Origin: Octopus vulgaris
Taxonomy: Eukaryota
Direction: 5' to 3'
Assembly (NCBI GenBank): GCA_951406725.2
Contig: OX597814.1
Span: 82,646,001 to 82,710,000, forward strand
Length of the DNA: 64,000 nucleotides
Below the pieces are notes generated by a model. It was not told the DNA's origin. It saw only the letters and a list, made by a program, of their open reading frames with translations, and did no database searches. Positions 1 through 12,102 of the stretch are shown here, one piece after another; position 1 is the first letter of the stretch, and every line of letters starts with the position of its first letter. The position numbers and the translations under genes are program-made.

Positions 1-1
1 T

Positions 2-41
<40 letters not shown>

Positions 42-246
42 GTTTGTCTCCCCATCACCACTTGACAACTGGTGTTGGTGTGTTTACATCTCTGTAACTT
101 AGCGGTTCAGGAAAAGAGACGAATAGGATAAGTGCTAGGTTTTTAAAAAATAAGTGCTGGGGTTGATTTGTTTGACTAAAATCCCTCAAGGTGGTGCTCC
201 GGCATGACTGCAGTCAAATAACAGAAACAAGTAAAAGAGTAAAACT
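1..246 (+). mobile_element. SINE family A, 3' half (GT microsatellite, central block, CR1-like tail)
   Basis: Ends GGTGGTGCTCCGGCATGACTGCAGTCAAATAACAGAAACAAGTAAAAGAG, the same tail as the copies at 8360, 21452, 22735 and 51892. Confidence 0.8.
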
Positions 247-279
247 ACTAGGTTAGGGGGACATAAACAAACAAACACT

Positions 280-512
280 GGGTAATACAGGTTCTATATT
301 TAAGAGATGAGGAATTATATACATTATTTATATTATTTACATTTAAAGGATATTTGTCCTCATCTTGTTTGTTGTTAACACAACGTTTCGGCTGATATAC
401 CCTCCAGCCTTCATCTGGCGTCTTGGGAAAATTTTGAACCTGGGTTCTCATTCCTAAGGTATTTTTCAATGTTATTCTTATTATTATTCAGGTTACTGCC
501 TGGAATCTTGGA
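280..512 (-). mobile_element. Hammerhead-containing short element, copy 1 (5'-truncated), inverted relative to the copy at 670-900
   Basis: The reverse complement aligns with 725-897 (CAGGCAGT.ACCTGAATAATAAT...AAATACCTTAGGAATGAGAACCC...ACAAACAAGATGAGGACAAATAT). Confidence 0.8.
377..422 (-). ncRNA. Minimal type-I hammerhead ribozyme motif (one core substitution)
   Basis: Minus strand reads gacgc-CAGATGA-a-ggctgg-agggtata-tcagcc-GAAACGT-T-gtgtt. Stems I and II pair, stem III is the palindrome ACGT, and core U4 is replaced by A. Confidence 0.7.
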
Positions 513-669
513 AGATACGGAAACTAAAAGCTGCAGCACATATGCTAGGACACAATAACCTCCTAAGCAGACTGAGTGCAGATATGAGTAGCATATGAGA
601 AATGGTATTAAGGAAGGATAGGAAAATATTAGATTTATAAGCCCTAAAATTCACTCCATAATTGCTCAC

Positions 670-900
670 AGGCATATGGCGTAGTGGTTAACCATGTGGG
701 CTACTAGCCCCAAGATTCTGAGTTCAATTCCAGGCAGTGACCTGAATAATAATACTAATAATAATAACATCGAAAAATACCTTAGGAATGAGAACCCAAG
801 TTTGAAATTTCCCCAAGATACCTTTTGAAGGCTGGAGAGTATATCAGCTGAAATATTGTGTTAACGACAAACAAGATGAGGACAAATATTCATCAAAATA
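670..900 (+). mobile_element. tRNA-headed, hammerhead-containing short element, copy 2
   Basis: A box TGGCGTAGTGG (677-687), B box GAGTTCAATTCC (720-731), an (AAT)n linker, then a degenerate hammerhead at 817-862. Confidence 0.7.
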
Positions 901-965
901 ACGCAAATATTGTTAGGCAGTGGGTTAAAGGGATAAACACAAAGACATATATGCACATGCATTGG

Positions 966-1076
966 TCCAGGGTTATAATAGAAAATGCTTATCCATGGTG
1001 TCATGCAATGCACTGAACCTTTGAAACCAGGTGATTGCAAAGTGAGTTTCTTAACTACACAGCCATACCTGCACCT
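966..1076 (-). mobile_element. SINE family A head fragment
   Basis: The reverse complement matches GGCTGTGTAGTTAAGAA...GGTTCAGT.CA.TGCATGACACC. Confidence 0.6.
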
Positions 1077-1403
1077 ATTCATTAGTTCATTTTAATTCTT
1101 TTTTATCCTTTCAAGCATGACTTACAAGGAAGAGATGCTTGAGACAAGATTATTACGGTCTCTCTGCTACCAACACTTACCTGTTTTGCATGTAAGGGAT
1201 TTCTTACTGCAAAAGAATTGAAAAGTGCATAGCGAACAAGTGATTTATTGACAGGAAATGTCAATAAATGTTCCAGTAACTGGTTGCAGTCCAGATTTAA
1301 ACTATGATATCAACATACCTCAGTGGAGAATGTAAACATTCTCACAGATACACACACACACTTCCAAACAAACATGTGCATGCATATATATGTACAATGG
1401 ACT

Positions 1404-1550
1404 TCAGTTTGCAAATACCTGATTCCCTCACAGTTTTGGTTGATCCAAGGCTATAGTAGAAGACACCTGCCCACGGGGCCATGCAGTGGGAATAGACTTA
1501 AAATGATTTGGTTGAGAAGTGAACTTCTTAACCACACAGCTGTGCCTGTG
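1404..1550 (-). mobile_element. SINE family A 5' fragment
   Basis: AAGGCTATAGTAGAAGACAC.TGCCCA...CTTCTTAACCACACAGC block shared with other copies. Confidence 0.65.
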
Positions 1551-2038
1551 TCTACCTATATTGTATGTCATACACACACACACACACATATTTATTCAAT
1601 ATTCATTATACATAGTATTTTAGCACTATATAATGAAATGCTTAAGTGAAGAATTTCATTCTCTTTTTTGAAAAATCAAATGTTCTAACTTCACAACCTG
1701 AAAACAAATAAAAAAAAAAAGAAAAGAAATTGATGTTGAGCTATCACAGAAGGCAAAGAAAGAAACCTTTAAACAACTGTTTGATTTACTAGAAATAGTA
1801 GCCACACGTTACTCAAATTGCATCCTACTATCTGAAATTAGTCAAAGGGTAATGTCCTTAATGCTGTACACAAGAAATTTATTAATTATTTCAAATTCCC
1901 CTCTTAACTGGAGAAAGAAAACAAAAATCCAGTGGCAATTGTTAGTAACTATTAGAGAAAAAGGGAGATAATTTGAAAAATGAGAATTACATTTTTAAGG
2001 GAAGGACAGACTGATTTTTGTTTGCATAAAAGAGATAA

Positions 2039-2078
2039 CTAAAGACACATTTCAGTCTATTAGACCTCATTAGTATAG
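2039..2078 (-). ncRNA. Degenerate hammerhead ribozyme motif in a Penelope-like repeat
   Basis: ctata-CTAATGA-ggtcta-a-tagact-GAAATGTGT-C-tttag reverts to CTGATGA...CGAAACGCGTC mostly by transitions. It lies between direct repeats at ~1929 and ~2276. Confidence 0.55.
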
Positions 2079-2799
2079 AATATTCTAATAATTTCTGCTT
2101 GATTTTTATATATAGAAAAACAAAAGTTACAAATAATTTTTGGCCAGTATAAGTTGCATAATCAAAAAAAATTTAAGAGAAATAACCCAAATGTGTTAAG
2201 GGCATGAATTTGGATAAATAAGTTAAGGAGCGTTGTACTGAATGTCATACACAAAATTTCTTAATTGAAATTTTCCTGGTAGCAATTGTTAGCAACTGTC
2301 AAAGAACAGTAAGTAATTTCAAGAAATTAAGAATTAATCTCAAAGTTAGTTTACATGCTTAGGAGAAAATCAACCTTTGGAAAGGATTCATTAGATAATG
2401 TAGTCCTACATACCCCTAGGAAGATAAGATGGTCATAACTGGAATGCTTTTGATCATACATTTACTTGATCAGGATTGACCCAGCAGTTCACAGCAAATA
2501 ACTACATTATGTGTCAGATATAAGACAATCTGTTTATTCCTCTCAATCCTACTGACTATAAGTAGAAATTCTAGAAACCAGGAGTAACTTAAATGAAATG
2601 GCCCAACTGCAAATTAAGCCTGTGTTTTCAGACTCAGATCACCAGAAAACTTGTTCATCCTGTTTGATGTTTTATATGAAATAGGAACACTTCATTCTTG
2701 ACGCCACATCGTAAACATTTCAATGTCACTTGTACTAAGAGCTCATACGAAATAATACCCATCTTTCTATACTTTCTGAAAATAAAAACATGCATACAC

Positions 2800-3125
2800 A
2801 TGGCCATGTGGTTGAGATTACTTAAGAACCACATTGTATAGCATTTTGGGCATATGACTTCATTTGTCCAATGCCTTGTGGGTATAATTAAGTAGGCAGA
2901 AATTATATGTATGACTATGTCCATATCTGTGTCTGTGTCATGGTAGAGAACTGATGTTGTATAAGTCACAGCCATTTGATACATATGGATCAATAAAATA
3001 AGAGTCGCACTGAAGTAACCACTGGGGTTGATTGACATGATTGACTTAAAAAGCACCATGAAGGTGATGCCTCAGTACAGTCATAGTTCAATAATTGAAG
3101 CTGGTAAATGGATAAAGGAATAAAA
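2800..3125 (+). mobile_element. SINE family A, old degenerate copy
   Basis: Head TGGCCATGTGGTTGAGA and tail AAGGTGATGCCTCAGTACAGTCATAGTTCAATAATTGAAGCTGGTAAATG. Confidence 0.55.
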
Positions 3126-3139
3126 CAATACTAATGATT

Positions 3140-3420
3140 AAGCAAAAGAGGAAGTCTCTGTATGATCACATGACTTGCTAGAACTAAATTTCAAAGCACA
3201 TCCTATAAACGGAACAATTTATTGAATAATGTGGTCATAGATACATCGTGCCTGAAAAAAAAAAGAAGTTTTAGCTTGAATATTTTTCATCATAGGTCTG
3301 CTGCTCAGCCAGAGCTAATACATAGAATAATGTAGTCCTAGATATATTATGCCTGAGAAAAAAAATGGATAATCTCATAGGTATGCTCAATCAGTTAACC
3401 TTAGGTTAACAACAGTAATA
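3140..3420 (+). mobile_element. Old interspersed repeat (family D, (AAC)n tail); related copies near 1790, 2380, 4330, 6590(-), 25745(-) and 40735
   Basis: Recurrent blocks ATAATGTAGTCCTAGATA and TTTGATCATAG.TCTGCT..ATCAG, ending in TAAACAAC repeats. Confidence 0.5.
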
Positions 3421-5227
3421 ATCACAAGAATATATGAACTAGCTGAACTATTGGTATTTGAAATGAACTAAAGTTTTTTTTTCTTCTCGTGTTCTTCTCA
3501 ACTTCACTCGGCACAATTCATTAGAATATCTTAAGTTGCTGAATGTTATTGATTACTTGTTTAAAATCTCTCTAGAAATATAATTTTGTTTATCTATCCA
3601 GTCAGATTGATTCAGCTGTCTGAAACAGTTAAACATTGACAGAGGTCATCTACCTGAGACGTACACACATGCACACGCACACACATACTATTCAATACCA
3701 GATTCAGAGAAAGAGAAAGTCTAGACTATACCACTTGTCTAGACTATACCCTCCCTGAAAGCCTATAACTGTTAAAAATATACATTTTGGTTGGAGTCCT
3801 TTAGATTTTGAGGCTCTAGTTTTCAGCCAGCTAAAACTACAGGTAAATCCAACACTAATAACCTGCATCTCAAGAGCCTTTGAATTAGCAATTCTCACTG
3901 CCTCTTTTTCCCTATACAAGCTTGTGGATTTGTGCCTTGATTAAGAAAATAATGGCCTGTATCTTTAGATATTTATTTACATTTTGGTAATCTGAGATGA
4001 AGAGAAGAAAGGGTCATAGAAACATGATATAATGATGATAACTGAAAATGCGTTGTTTTCAAATGAAAATAATATCACAGCAATTTTGTTTTCTAAGGCA
4101 CCCTAGTTTTTATAATTCTTTTTCAGAAGTAAGCAACATAGTGAAGGCTCCTAAAGACGGTTTTAAATATTTATTGAGACCAAGTTGTAATCAGTGTAAT
4201 GCAGTCTTTAGAAACTCATTGATACATCAATTAGAAGCATACATACATAGACATGAGACACACTTGCATGCACACACACATGCATACATACATGTGCACG
4301 CATCAGTGAGAGAACCTGAACATGGTAATTCAACCTGTTAGAATTAGTAACTAAATCTCCTTGAGAAACATCATAATGTCTTAAAAACTAGAAGGAGAAA
4401 TATTAGAAAATGTCTCTGATGTACAGAAAGACAGGAAAGTCATGGCCAGACTGTCTTTGATCATAGATTTGCTGGATGAGAGTTGACTTGAGGTTAAACA
4501 ATGACTGTGTGCACATGCAGACACACTTCAATATGGTGAGAGATACAATGTAAACACTGAGAGATATAATATGAACACTAAACAAACAAGATACAGTACA
4601 TGAAGCAGTGATTCAGCCTGGTTTAAACTTAAGAACTAAAGCTGTACTAATAAATATTTGACCAATGTAACAAACCTAGAGACTTTCATTGCTCAAGTAA
4701 AATGGTAATTAAATTTTAAGCTAGTCAGTTCTACATAGGAGATAAGTATAATAAAAATCAGATCAATTTCTAATTTTTCCATTCTCATTTTACAATAATT
4801 TTTCTGTTCTGGTATTCAGTGATCTTTTCGACTTATCTTCGTTTAAAGCTAGGATTAACTTTCGCTAAGAACAGGATTTATTCAAATGTGCAACTAATGT
4901 TAATCTTTGACAATAAGAAGATATTAATTTTGTGCTATATCTGTTATAAACATGTCAGTAGAGAAGAAATTATCAATAAAAAGTGATTATCCTTTGTATC
5001 TGTCTAAAGGATTTTTTTTTCTCATGATTGACTTCTAAGGTAAAATTATTGTTAACCTTGATGAACACATGAGATTAATTTCTGTTATCTTTATCTTATT
5101 TTGCTTGCTAATTCTTTAGACATTACATGATTGTCTGGCTGAGAAGACGCAGTTGCCAGAATCAATGTGTCACCTTCTTGATCTTATTATAGGCACAATG
5201 TTTTATCCTTACAGAAGTGGTGAAGGT

Positions 5228-5463
5228 TATAAGGTGGCGAGCTGGCAGAATCGTTAGCACACTGGGCGAAATTCTTAGCAATATTTCGTCTGCCGTTACT
5301 TTCTGAGTTCAAATTCTGCTGAGGTCTACTTAGCCTTTCATCCTTTCGAGGTCGATTAAATAAATACCAGTTATGCACTGGGGTCGATGTAATCGACTTA
5401 ATCCCTTTGTCTGTCCTTGTTTGTCCCCTCTATGTTTAGCCTCTTGTGGGCAATAAAGCAATA
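5228..5463 (+). mobile_element. SINE family B (tRNA-derived), full length, with 15-bp TSD
   Basis: GGCGAGCTGGCAGAATCGTTAGC...GAGTTCAAATTC...CCTTTCATCCTTTCGAGGTCGAT. TSD AGAAGTGGTGAAGGT at 5213-5227 and 5464-5478. Confidence 0.9.
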
Positions 5464-6828
5464 AGAAGTGGTGAAGGTGACACTTAATTCCTAACAACCT
5501 ACTGAGTACCTGTTATAATCAGTGGTGATACTGTATTTCCTTAAGCATTTGCTGTTAAACTCATACCTATGAGTCTAGCATAGGCAATCTAGTATATTCC
5601 TCTTTTAATAACTCTATGATTATGAAATCATCTGTGGTTGAGGAAAGGGTTATTGATAGACATAAAAGACTAAAACATGAAAGGTGAACAATGCACACTT
5701 AGACATTTAAAGATACACATGGGAAAGTGAGATGTTTAAAGCCATACAATGAAACGAGCAATGTTCTTAGTCCAGGCTACATTTTAGACTATTCTTGTTC
5801 AAGGAGAATAGGATTTAATGGAGATGCAGTAAGCTAACCTAAAATAGTATTATACTAAGAAGCTTTTACTTTTAAAAAATATATCATAGAATTTTGAAAT
5901 AAATCAGATGACACTAAAACTTGTAAGATCACTGCTGCATCTCATAAAGAGCAAGTTTTGAGTAGATCTGGTTGTGCAGAAATTTTAATGTAGAATGAGT
6001 TACTGAGAAGAGCTGAAAGACACTGAAGAAGATAAGGTTCATGGTTGTTTATGATCATCTGCATGGCACTTGTAAGTTTCTAGTGTTAACTGCAAAAAGC
6101 CATTAGTATAATGGTAGTAATATTTCCAGGAGAGCTGATTTGGTTCACTTAGTATTTCTTTCTTATTAGTCAGGAGGAAGAGAAGAGGCTATTCCTATAA
6201 TCTTTGTATGCCCTCCAAGGTCAATGACATCAATCTGGTTGATGTTCAGTTTGAAATTCTATACATTGTCTGAAGAATAAACAATGTTGGTGAAAAACTT
6301 CCAGAGGGCTGCAATTTTGGGGAGAAAGGATAAGTCAAAGTATTTATGTTGTATCTAAGGAGTGAGACACTTTAGAGATGATGAGAAGAAGAGACAGTTC
6401 AATTATGTCAAATAAGTTCAAGTGAAGGAAGTAATAATATTTCAAAGGAATAGTAACGGAAAAAAACATATTTTGGGGCAAATAGTTGTACTGTGTTGAT
6501 TAGTGAATTTTTGCCAATCAACCAAATGGCTGTCTTTTAGATGCAGTCTACCATGTTTGTGTGTGTAGAAACAGAACTGATCTAGATATGGGAGCAGTAG
6601 TTATTTAATACCAGGTCATATCCTGAACTGCATTATCTGACTTAAAGTGTGAATAGAAAGAAATTTAGCTGCTGTTTCTAGCAGGACAAATAGCTACATA
6701 GAAGCTATTTTGTTGACTCTAAAGTGGTGTTACAGTCGTTATAGAGGACAAACAATTGATTAAAGCAGAAATATCTTCTGGCCCTGAAGAAGATGCCAAG
6801 TCTTTAGGATGTGGTTTTGAAAATTATA

Positions 6829-7695
6829 CAAGGTGGTATGGAAAAGTTCCTGGAGTTGTTCAGTAGTGCACCAACAGATGGCAGCACATGGTTCCATGCA
6901 CAATGAAAGCTAGCAGTGACCCTTATGAGGCTGTGTGTCAAAGGACATCACTGTGTTTACTTTGTAAGTTGTGAAATTTGTGTTTTTGTGATCATGTGTA
7001 TGCTGCAGCCTGCGGTTTTTGTCATGGATAGAAAGGAGGAACCAAGAGCCAATATGAAATTTTGCATTAAATTTAGGAAGTTTCTTGTGGAGACATCGAG
7101 CATACTTTGGCATGCTTATGGTGTTGAGGCAATGGGTCCAAAAGTGGAAGAGTGTCCTGGAAGACGATGAGCAATCTGGAAGACCTGCCATGAGCATCAC
7201 CCTTCAGAAATGTGGATAAAATTCATTAGCTTGTGCATGAAGATTGTTGGGGAATAATCAACGATAATTTTAAGCATTTGAGGGAGGACATTTGGTGAAA
7301 GTGACTGGATCTGTGGAGCACAAAGAATTGGATTCATCATGGCGACATTACACCCTGACAGCAAGCTCTCCTCACTCATGAGTTTCTCGCCAAAATACAA
7401 CATGGTATTTCTTCTGCAACAACCCTATTCACCATATTTAACACCTGTGAACTTTCTTCTCTTCCCCAAGATTAAAATGTAGCTCAAAAGTCGCTGTTTT
7501 AACTGTTATCAAAATCCAGAGCAAATTGCAGAAGATATTCAACTTGCTTACAGAAAACAACTTCCAGGCTGGATTTCAAAGTGGCAGTATTGTTGTGCAA
7601 GATGGCTTTTTCGAAGAAGATGATGTTAAAACATAGGTAAATAAGTTATTTTTTATTAAACATAACTAGTCTGGGAACTTTTTGATACTACCTCA
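6829..7695 (+). mobile_element. Mariner transposon, internally deleted, non-autonomous
   Basis: TA-flanked TIRs (CAAGGTGGTATGGAAAAGTTCC / GGGAACTTTTTGATACTACCTCA). Transposase remnants PRANMKFCIK, EDDEQSGRP and PYSP.L.P..F.LFPK. Confidence 0.85.
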
Positions 7696-7749
7696 TATGT
7701 GAGCCCACCATGGGAAAGTGTTAGAGATTTTGAGGCCTAGAATTTAGTG

Positions 7750-8350
7750 CTCTTGAAATTTTTGCTGTGTATTGTTTATTAAAAGAAATGATGCAGCATG
7801 TGTTGTAGTTGTGTTTTGTGCACTAGTAGACAAAGTTGTCATGCCCTCAATAGGATGTTTTTAAATTAGCTGCTCTTGAAATAGGTAACATGAGGTATCT
7901 TGGTTGTTTGTGCCTAATTCCAGTGTGTAGAAGGTTAAAATGGAGGGAAAGATAGTTGTATAATCTGCATGTGAAAATGGGTTGAAAAGAATCCCTTCTG
8001 TCCATACTGTGATGGAATGATCTGACAAAGGTTCAGAGTTAAGAAATGGATCTCATACTTAGGCAGGCAACTTAGAAGGTTCTGATACCAGACAAATTCA
8101 AAAAGTTTTCCAATAATTGTAATCATTACTTTTGTTAAAGCTCTTGATAAGAGAACACTGCAGTATGTCATGACAAAGCAAGTTTGAGGTAGTTTTGGTT
8201 GTGAAAAATTATACTGTGAAGGGGCTCATTGAAAAGGGTGAGAAATAGCAAAGGTAATAAAGTAGGTGGTTATTTATGAGCATCTCCATCACTTTTGAAG
8301 TATTGGGCATGAGAGCAACAGAGTGGCAGTTGACAAGGTTGTCATTCTTG
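7750..8350 (-). pseudogene. Very degenerate LINE reverse-transcriptase remnant
   Basis: IIGKLFEFVWYQNLLSCLPKYEIH resembles the DISKAFDKVWH..LL.KL..YGI RT segment. Confidence 0.35.
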
Positions 8351-8359
8351 GTATTGTTT

Positions 8360-8738
8360 TATTCTTTTACTTGTTTCAGTCATTTGACTGCAGCTATGTT
8401 GGAGCACCACCTTTAGCCAAACAATACTACCCTAGGGTTTATTTTTTGTAAGCCTAAAACTTATTCTAGTGGTCTCCTTTGCTGAACCATTAAGTTACAG
8501 GGACGTAAACACACCAACATCGGTTGTCAAGTGATGGTGGAGCACAAACACAGACACACAAATACACACACACACACATATACGATAGGCTTCTTTCATT
8601 TTCCTTCTGCCAAATCCACTCACAAGGCTTTGGTCGGCCCAAAGTTATAGTAGAAGACACTTGCCCAAGGTGCCATACAGTGAGACTGAACCTGGAACCA
8701 TGTGGTTGGGAAGCAAGCTTCTTATCACACAGCCACAT
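8360..8738 (-). mobile_element. SINE family A, near full length
   Basis: tRNA-like head, internal CA tract, and tail whose plus-strand reading is ATTCTTTTACTTGTTTCAGTCATTTGACTGCAGCTATGTTGGAGCACCACC. Confidence 0.85.
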
Positions 8739-9677
8739 CTTGTAACATATTTCAAAAGTTTGGAAATAAATCCATATATGGAAAAAAGATTGAAAAATGT
8801 GATGAGATTGGAGCTAATTCAGACACACACTGTTTTATTGTAATGTTATTTATGTTACACTTTTGAACTTGTTGGCTGGTGTGGTGAAAGATTTTGCTCT
8901 CTGTGTATGTCTTAATGAAACTGTTAGAGTGAATGAGACAAGTTCAATCAAAATTGTTGGATGCATGCAGTGTAAAATGTGTCTTTTTCAGACTTACAAT
9001 AGAATGTCTGCATTTAATTTGCTATAGTAACTAATGTGATGAGAATGTGATAGATGAAAGAATGTTGACAGTGATGGCGAGAATGATGATCCTAAAAAAA
9101 AAAGAAGCAAAATAAATGTTGGGAAACCATTGAAAATTTGCCAAAATTCACAAAATTAAAACCAAAAAACACAAAAATAGATGATAATCTAGCAAACTAG
9201 TTTGTTTTTAAGTGTCTCTCTTTACCTCTTCTTTACCTAGAAATTCATTCTACTTTTAGAAGGTTTCAGTACTAACATTAAACAGACTATCACTTCAATC
9301 ACTTCTTAAGCAATATTGCCAGTGGATTTTATCAGTGGCTGGAGGAAGACTGAAGAAATTATGCATTTCTTACTCATAGTAAGAAGATCCTTTTACAGTA
9401 TACAGTTTCTGATTTAAAAACTGTTTGCTAATTAAAGAAAGAAAGCATCAAAGGATGAGGTGATTTGCTACTTATATTAAAAGTGAAATGTTCTCAATAA
9501 AGAACTAAATCCACACCGCATTTACTCACGATTCAGATGAAAATATCATCATCATAGTAATCAGCAACATCTATATTTAATATTCATTTTCCCATTCTAG
9601 TAAAATTTGGAGAGTTATTTCCATGCAATATGTTGTTACTTCATTTCTGCATAATGACATATGTTCCAACTTAAAGA

Positions 9678-9888
9678 CAGCAAGCTGGCAGAATTGTCAG
9701 CATGCTGGGCAAAATGCCCATTAGCATTTCGTCTGTCTTTACAGTCTGAGTTCAAATTTCTCCATGGTCACCTTTGCTTTTCATTCTTTCAGGGTCAATA
9801 AAATATGTACTAGTTGAGCACTGGGATTGATGTAACCAATTTACCTCTCTCCCAAAATTGTTGGCCTTGTGCCAAAATTTGAAATCAA
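9678..9888 (+). mobile_element. SINE family B
   Basis: Family consensus blocks, flanked by the direct repeat ATATGTTCCA (9659, 9888). Confidence 0.85.
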
Positions 9889-10649
9889 TATGTTCCAGCA
9901 GATACAGATGAGAATATGCTCTGTGCTGTTGTAATTTGTTACTGAAGAACAACTTCTCCTTCAGGTGAATCTGTGTTCATAGTTAGCTCAGTTTGTTAGG
10001 GTAAGGGACTTCGGGACATCCTGTGTTGTGTCTTTTTAGCTAATGAATTTAATAAGAGTTTTTGGCACTTGTTTGAAAAATTCAACAAAAAAATTAATTG
10101 CTAATATCTGTTAACCAATAATAAATCATCACATGCATTGTGAACAGTGAGAATCAAAGCGATGACTTGCATATTTAGTTTTAATATATTCTGGAAGATG
10201 CAAACATGAACATGTTAATTGCTGCTGTATTGGAGAACAACTTCCCCATTCAGACAAATGAGTTTTTGTAGCATACTTGATTCATTAGAGTGAGTGGATG
10301 TGGACACACTCAGTGTTTCAACCTTGCTCTGTTTCTTCAGCTAATGCTACTTCAGACTAATGTATCTATCAAGAGTTTTTGGTATTTGTTTATAGATTCA
10401 GCAAACTATTTATTTGCTGATGCATTCTGATATGTGCCAAATGTAAATAAATTGTCATGTTCATAGTGAACAGAGAGATCATTTGATACTGGATCACCTC
10501 CTCTATTGCCCCCTCTGTTGTGACAAGATACCTACTTCTGTCTTTCTGTCTCTTTATCATACTCTAATCTTTCATCCTCTGGCACAAGTTCTCCTCCTCA
10601 AATGCCCTGCCCTTCTCATAATTCCTTGCCTTGTGAGTTACTTGATTAT

Positions 10650-10915
10650 CCTGCCAGTGCTGGTGCCACCTTAAAAGCATCCAGTCCACACTGTAATGTG
10701 GTAAGTGTTTGGAAGGGCATCCAGAAGTAAAAATCATGCCAAGACAAACTTTGCCTGTGCTAGTGCCACATAAAAAGCACTGAGTACACTCTGCAGAGTG
10801 GTTGGTTTTAGGAAGGGCATCAAGCCATAAAATCCCTGTCAAAACAGCTCATGTCGTCAGTCCTACCCATGCATGGATGGAAGATGGATGTTAAACGAGG
10901 ATGATGATGATGATA
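10650..10915 (+). mobile_element. RTE-type LINE 3' tail fragment ending in (GAT)n
   Basis: GAGTGGTTGG..TTAGGAAGGGCAT...CCCATGC...ATGGA...GGATGTTAAACGAGGATGATG matches the 3' end of the RTE copies at 23180 and 27470. Confidence 0.6.
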
Positions 10916-11382
10916 CACACATTTGTGTGTGTATATATATATATATATTATACATACATACATTTGTGTGTGTGTATGTGTGTGTGTGTATGTATGTGTG
11001 TGTGTATGTGTATGTGTGTGTATGTTTTCACATGTCACTATTTGAAGAAAATTGGTGAACAGTGTTTATGTCTCTCATAAACAAAGTGTCTCGTAGTTTT
11101 TCTTTTGTCATGTGTGAAGAGGTACAAATATCTAACTTGAAAGAAACAAATAATGGTTGGTGACAGGAAAGGCATCTAACAATGGAACACTGCTTCAGTA
11201 ACTCTTGTCCAATTTATACCAAGCTATATTATCATGAAAATATGGGTAAAAGTTTGATGATGTTAATGATGATGGTTTTGAAGAGACCTTAGTAGAGAAG
11301 CTGTGACTTATCTGATATGAGTAAATGTCTGCAACAAACAAAGTGGTCATGCTTGAGACTAAGTTGATGGACACTGATATAT

Positions 11383-11384
<2 letters not shown>

Positions 11385-11446
<62 letters not shown>

Positions 11447-11690
11447 ACACACACATGCACGCACACATATATACACGAACACACACATACATGTTATTTT
11501 ATACCTTAATCTTATATTATGGTATCTTCATCTGTCTGTCTATAACAACATCTGTGTAGAGAGAGGGAAGAAGGGGAGGAATCAAAAGAGTAGATAACCC
11601 CTATTACGACGTATATTTAGAAGTGGAAAAGGGAAAAGTTTCTGAGAGCGAGTGGGGGGAAACAGACAGACAGTGTGTGTGTTTGTGTGT

Positions 11691-11747
<57 letters not shown>

Positions 11748-11748
11748 G

Positions 11749-11780
<32 letters not shown>

Positions 11781-12024
11781 GTTGTCACTATAGTACCTAA
11801 TAAGTTTTGAATAAAACTCAAGAATTTTAAGTGCAAGTCTGTCAACACAATGCAACACATAAAAATAACTATAACTATGTATATATATATATATATATAT
11901 AATATTATCCCTTTGGGTTGTCTGTGTGTGTCTTTCAACATATAGACAATGCAACATAGACTTTAGAAAAGGTTTTCATTCTAATGATATGTTGCTGTTA
12001 TTGTTGTTGTTGATGATTTTGTTG

Positions 12025-12102
<78 letters not shown>
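11385..12102. repeat. Microsatellite cluster: (CA)n 11387-11455, (GATA)n 11695-11778, (GA)n 12028-12102
   Basis: Directly visible simple repeats. Confidence 0.95.

Noticed and set aside
670-740. tRNA gene (also 29950 and 47790)
   Set aside because: A and B boxes are present but there is no complete cloverleaf. Each continues into a repeat body, so these are SINE heads.
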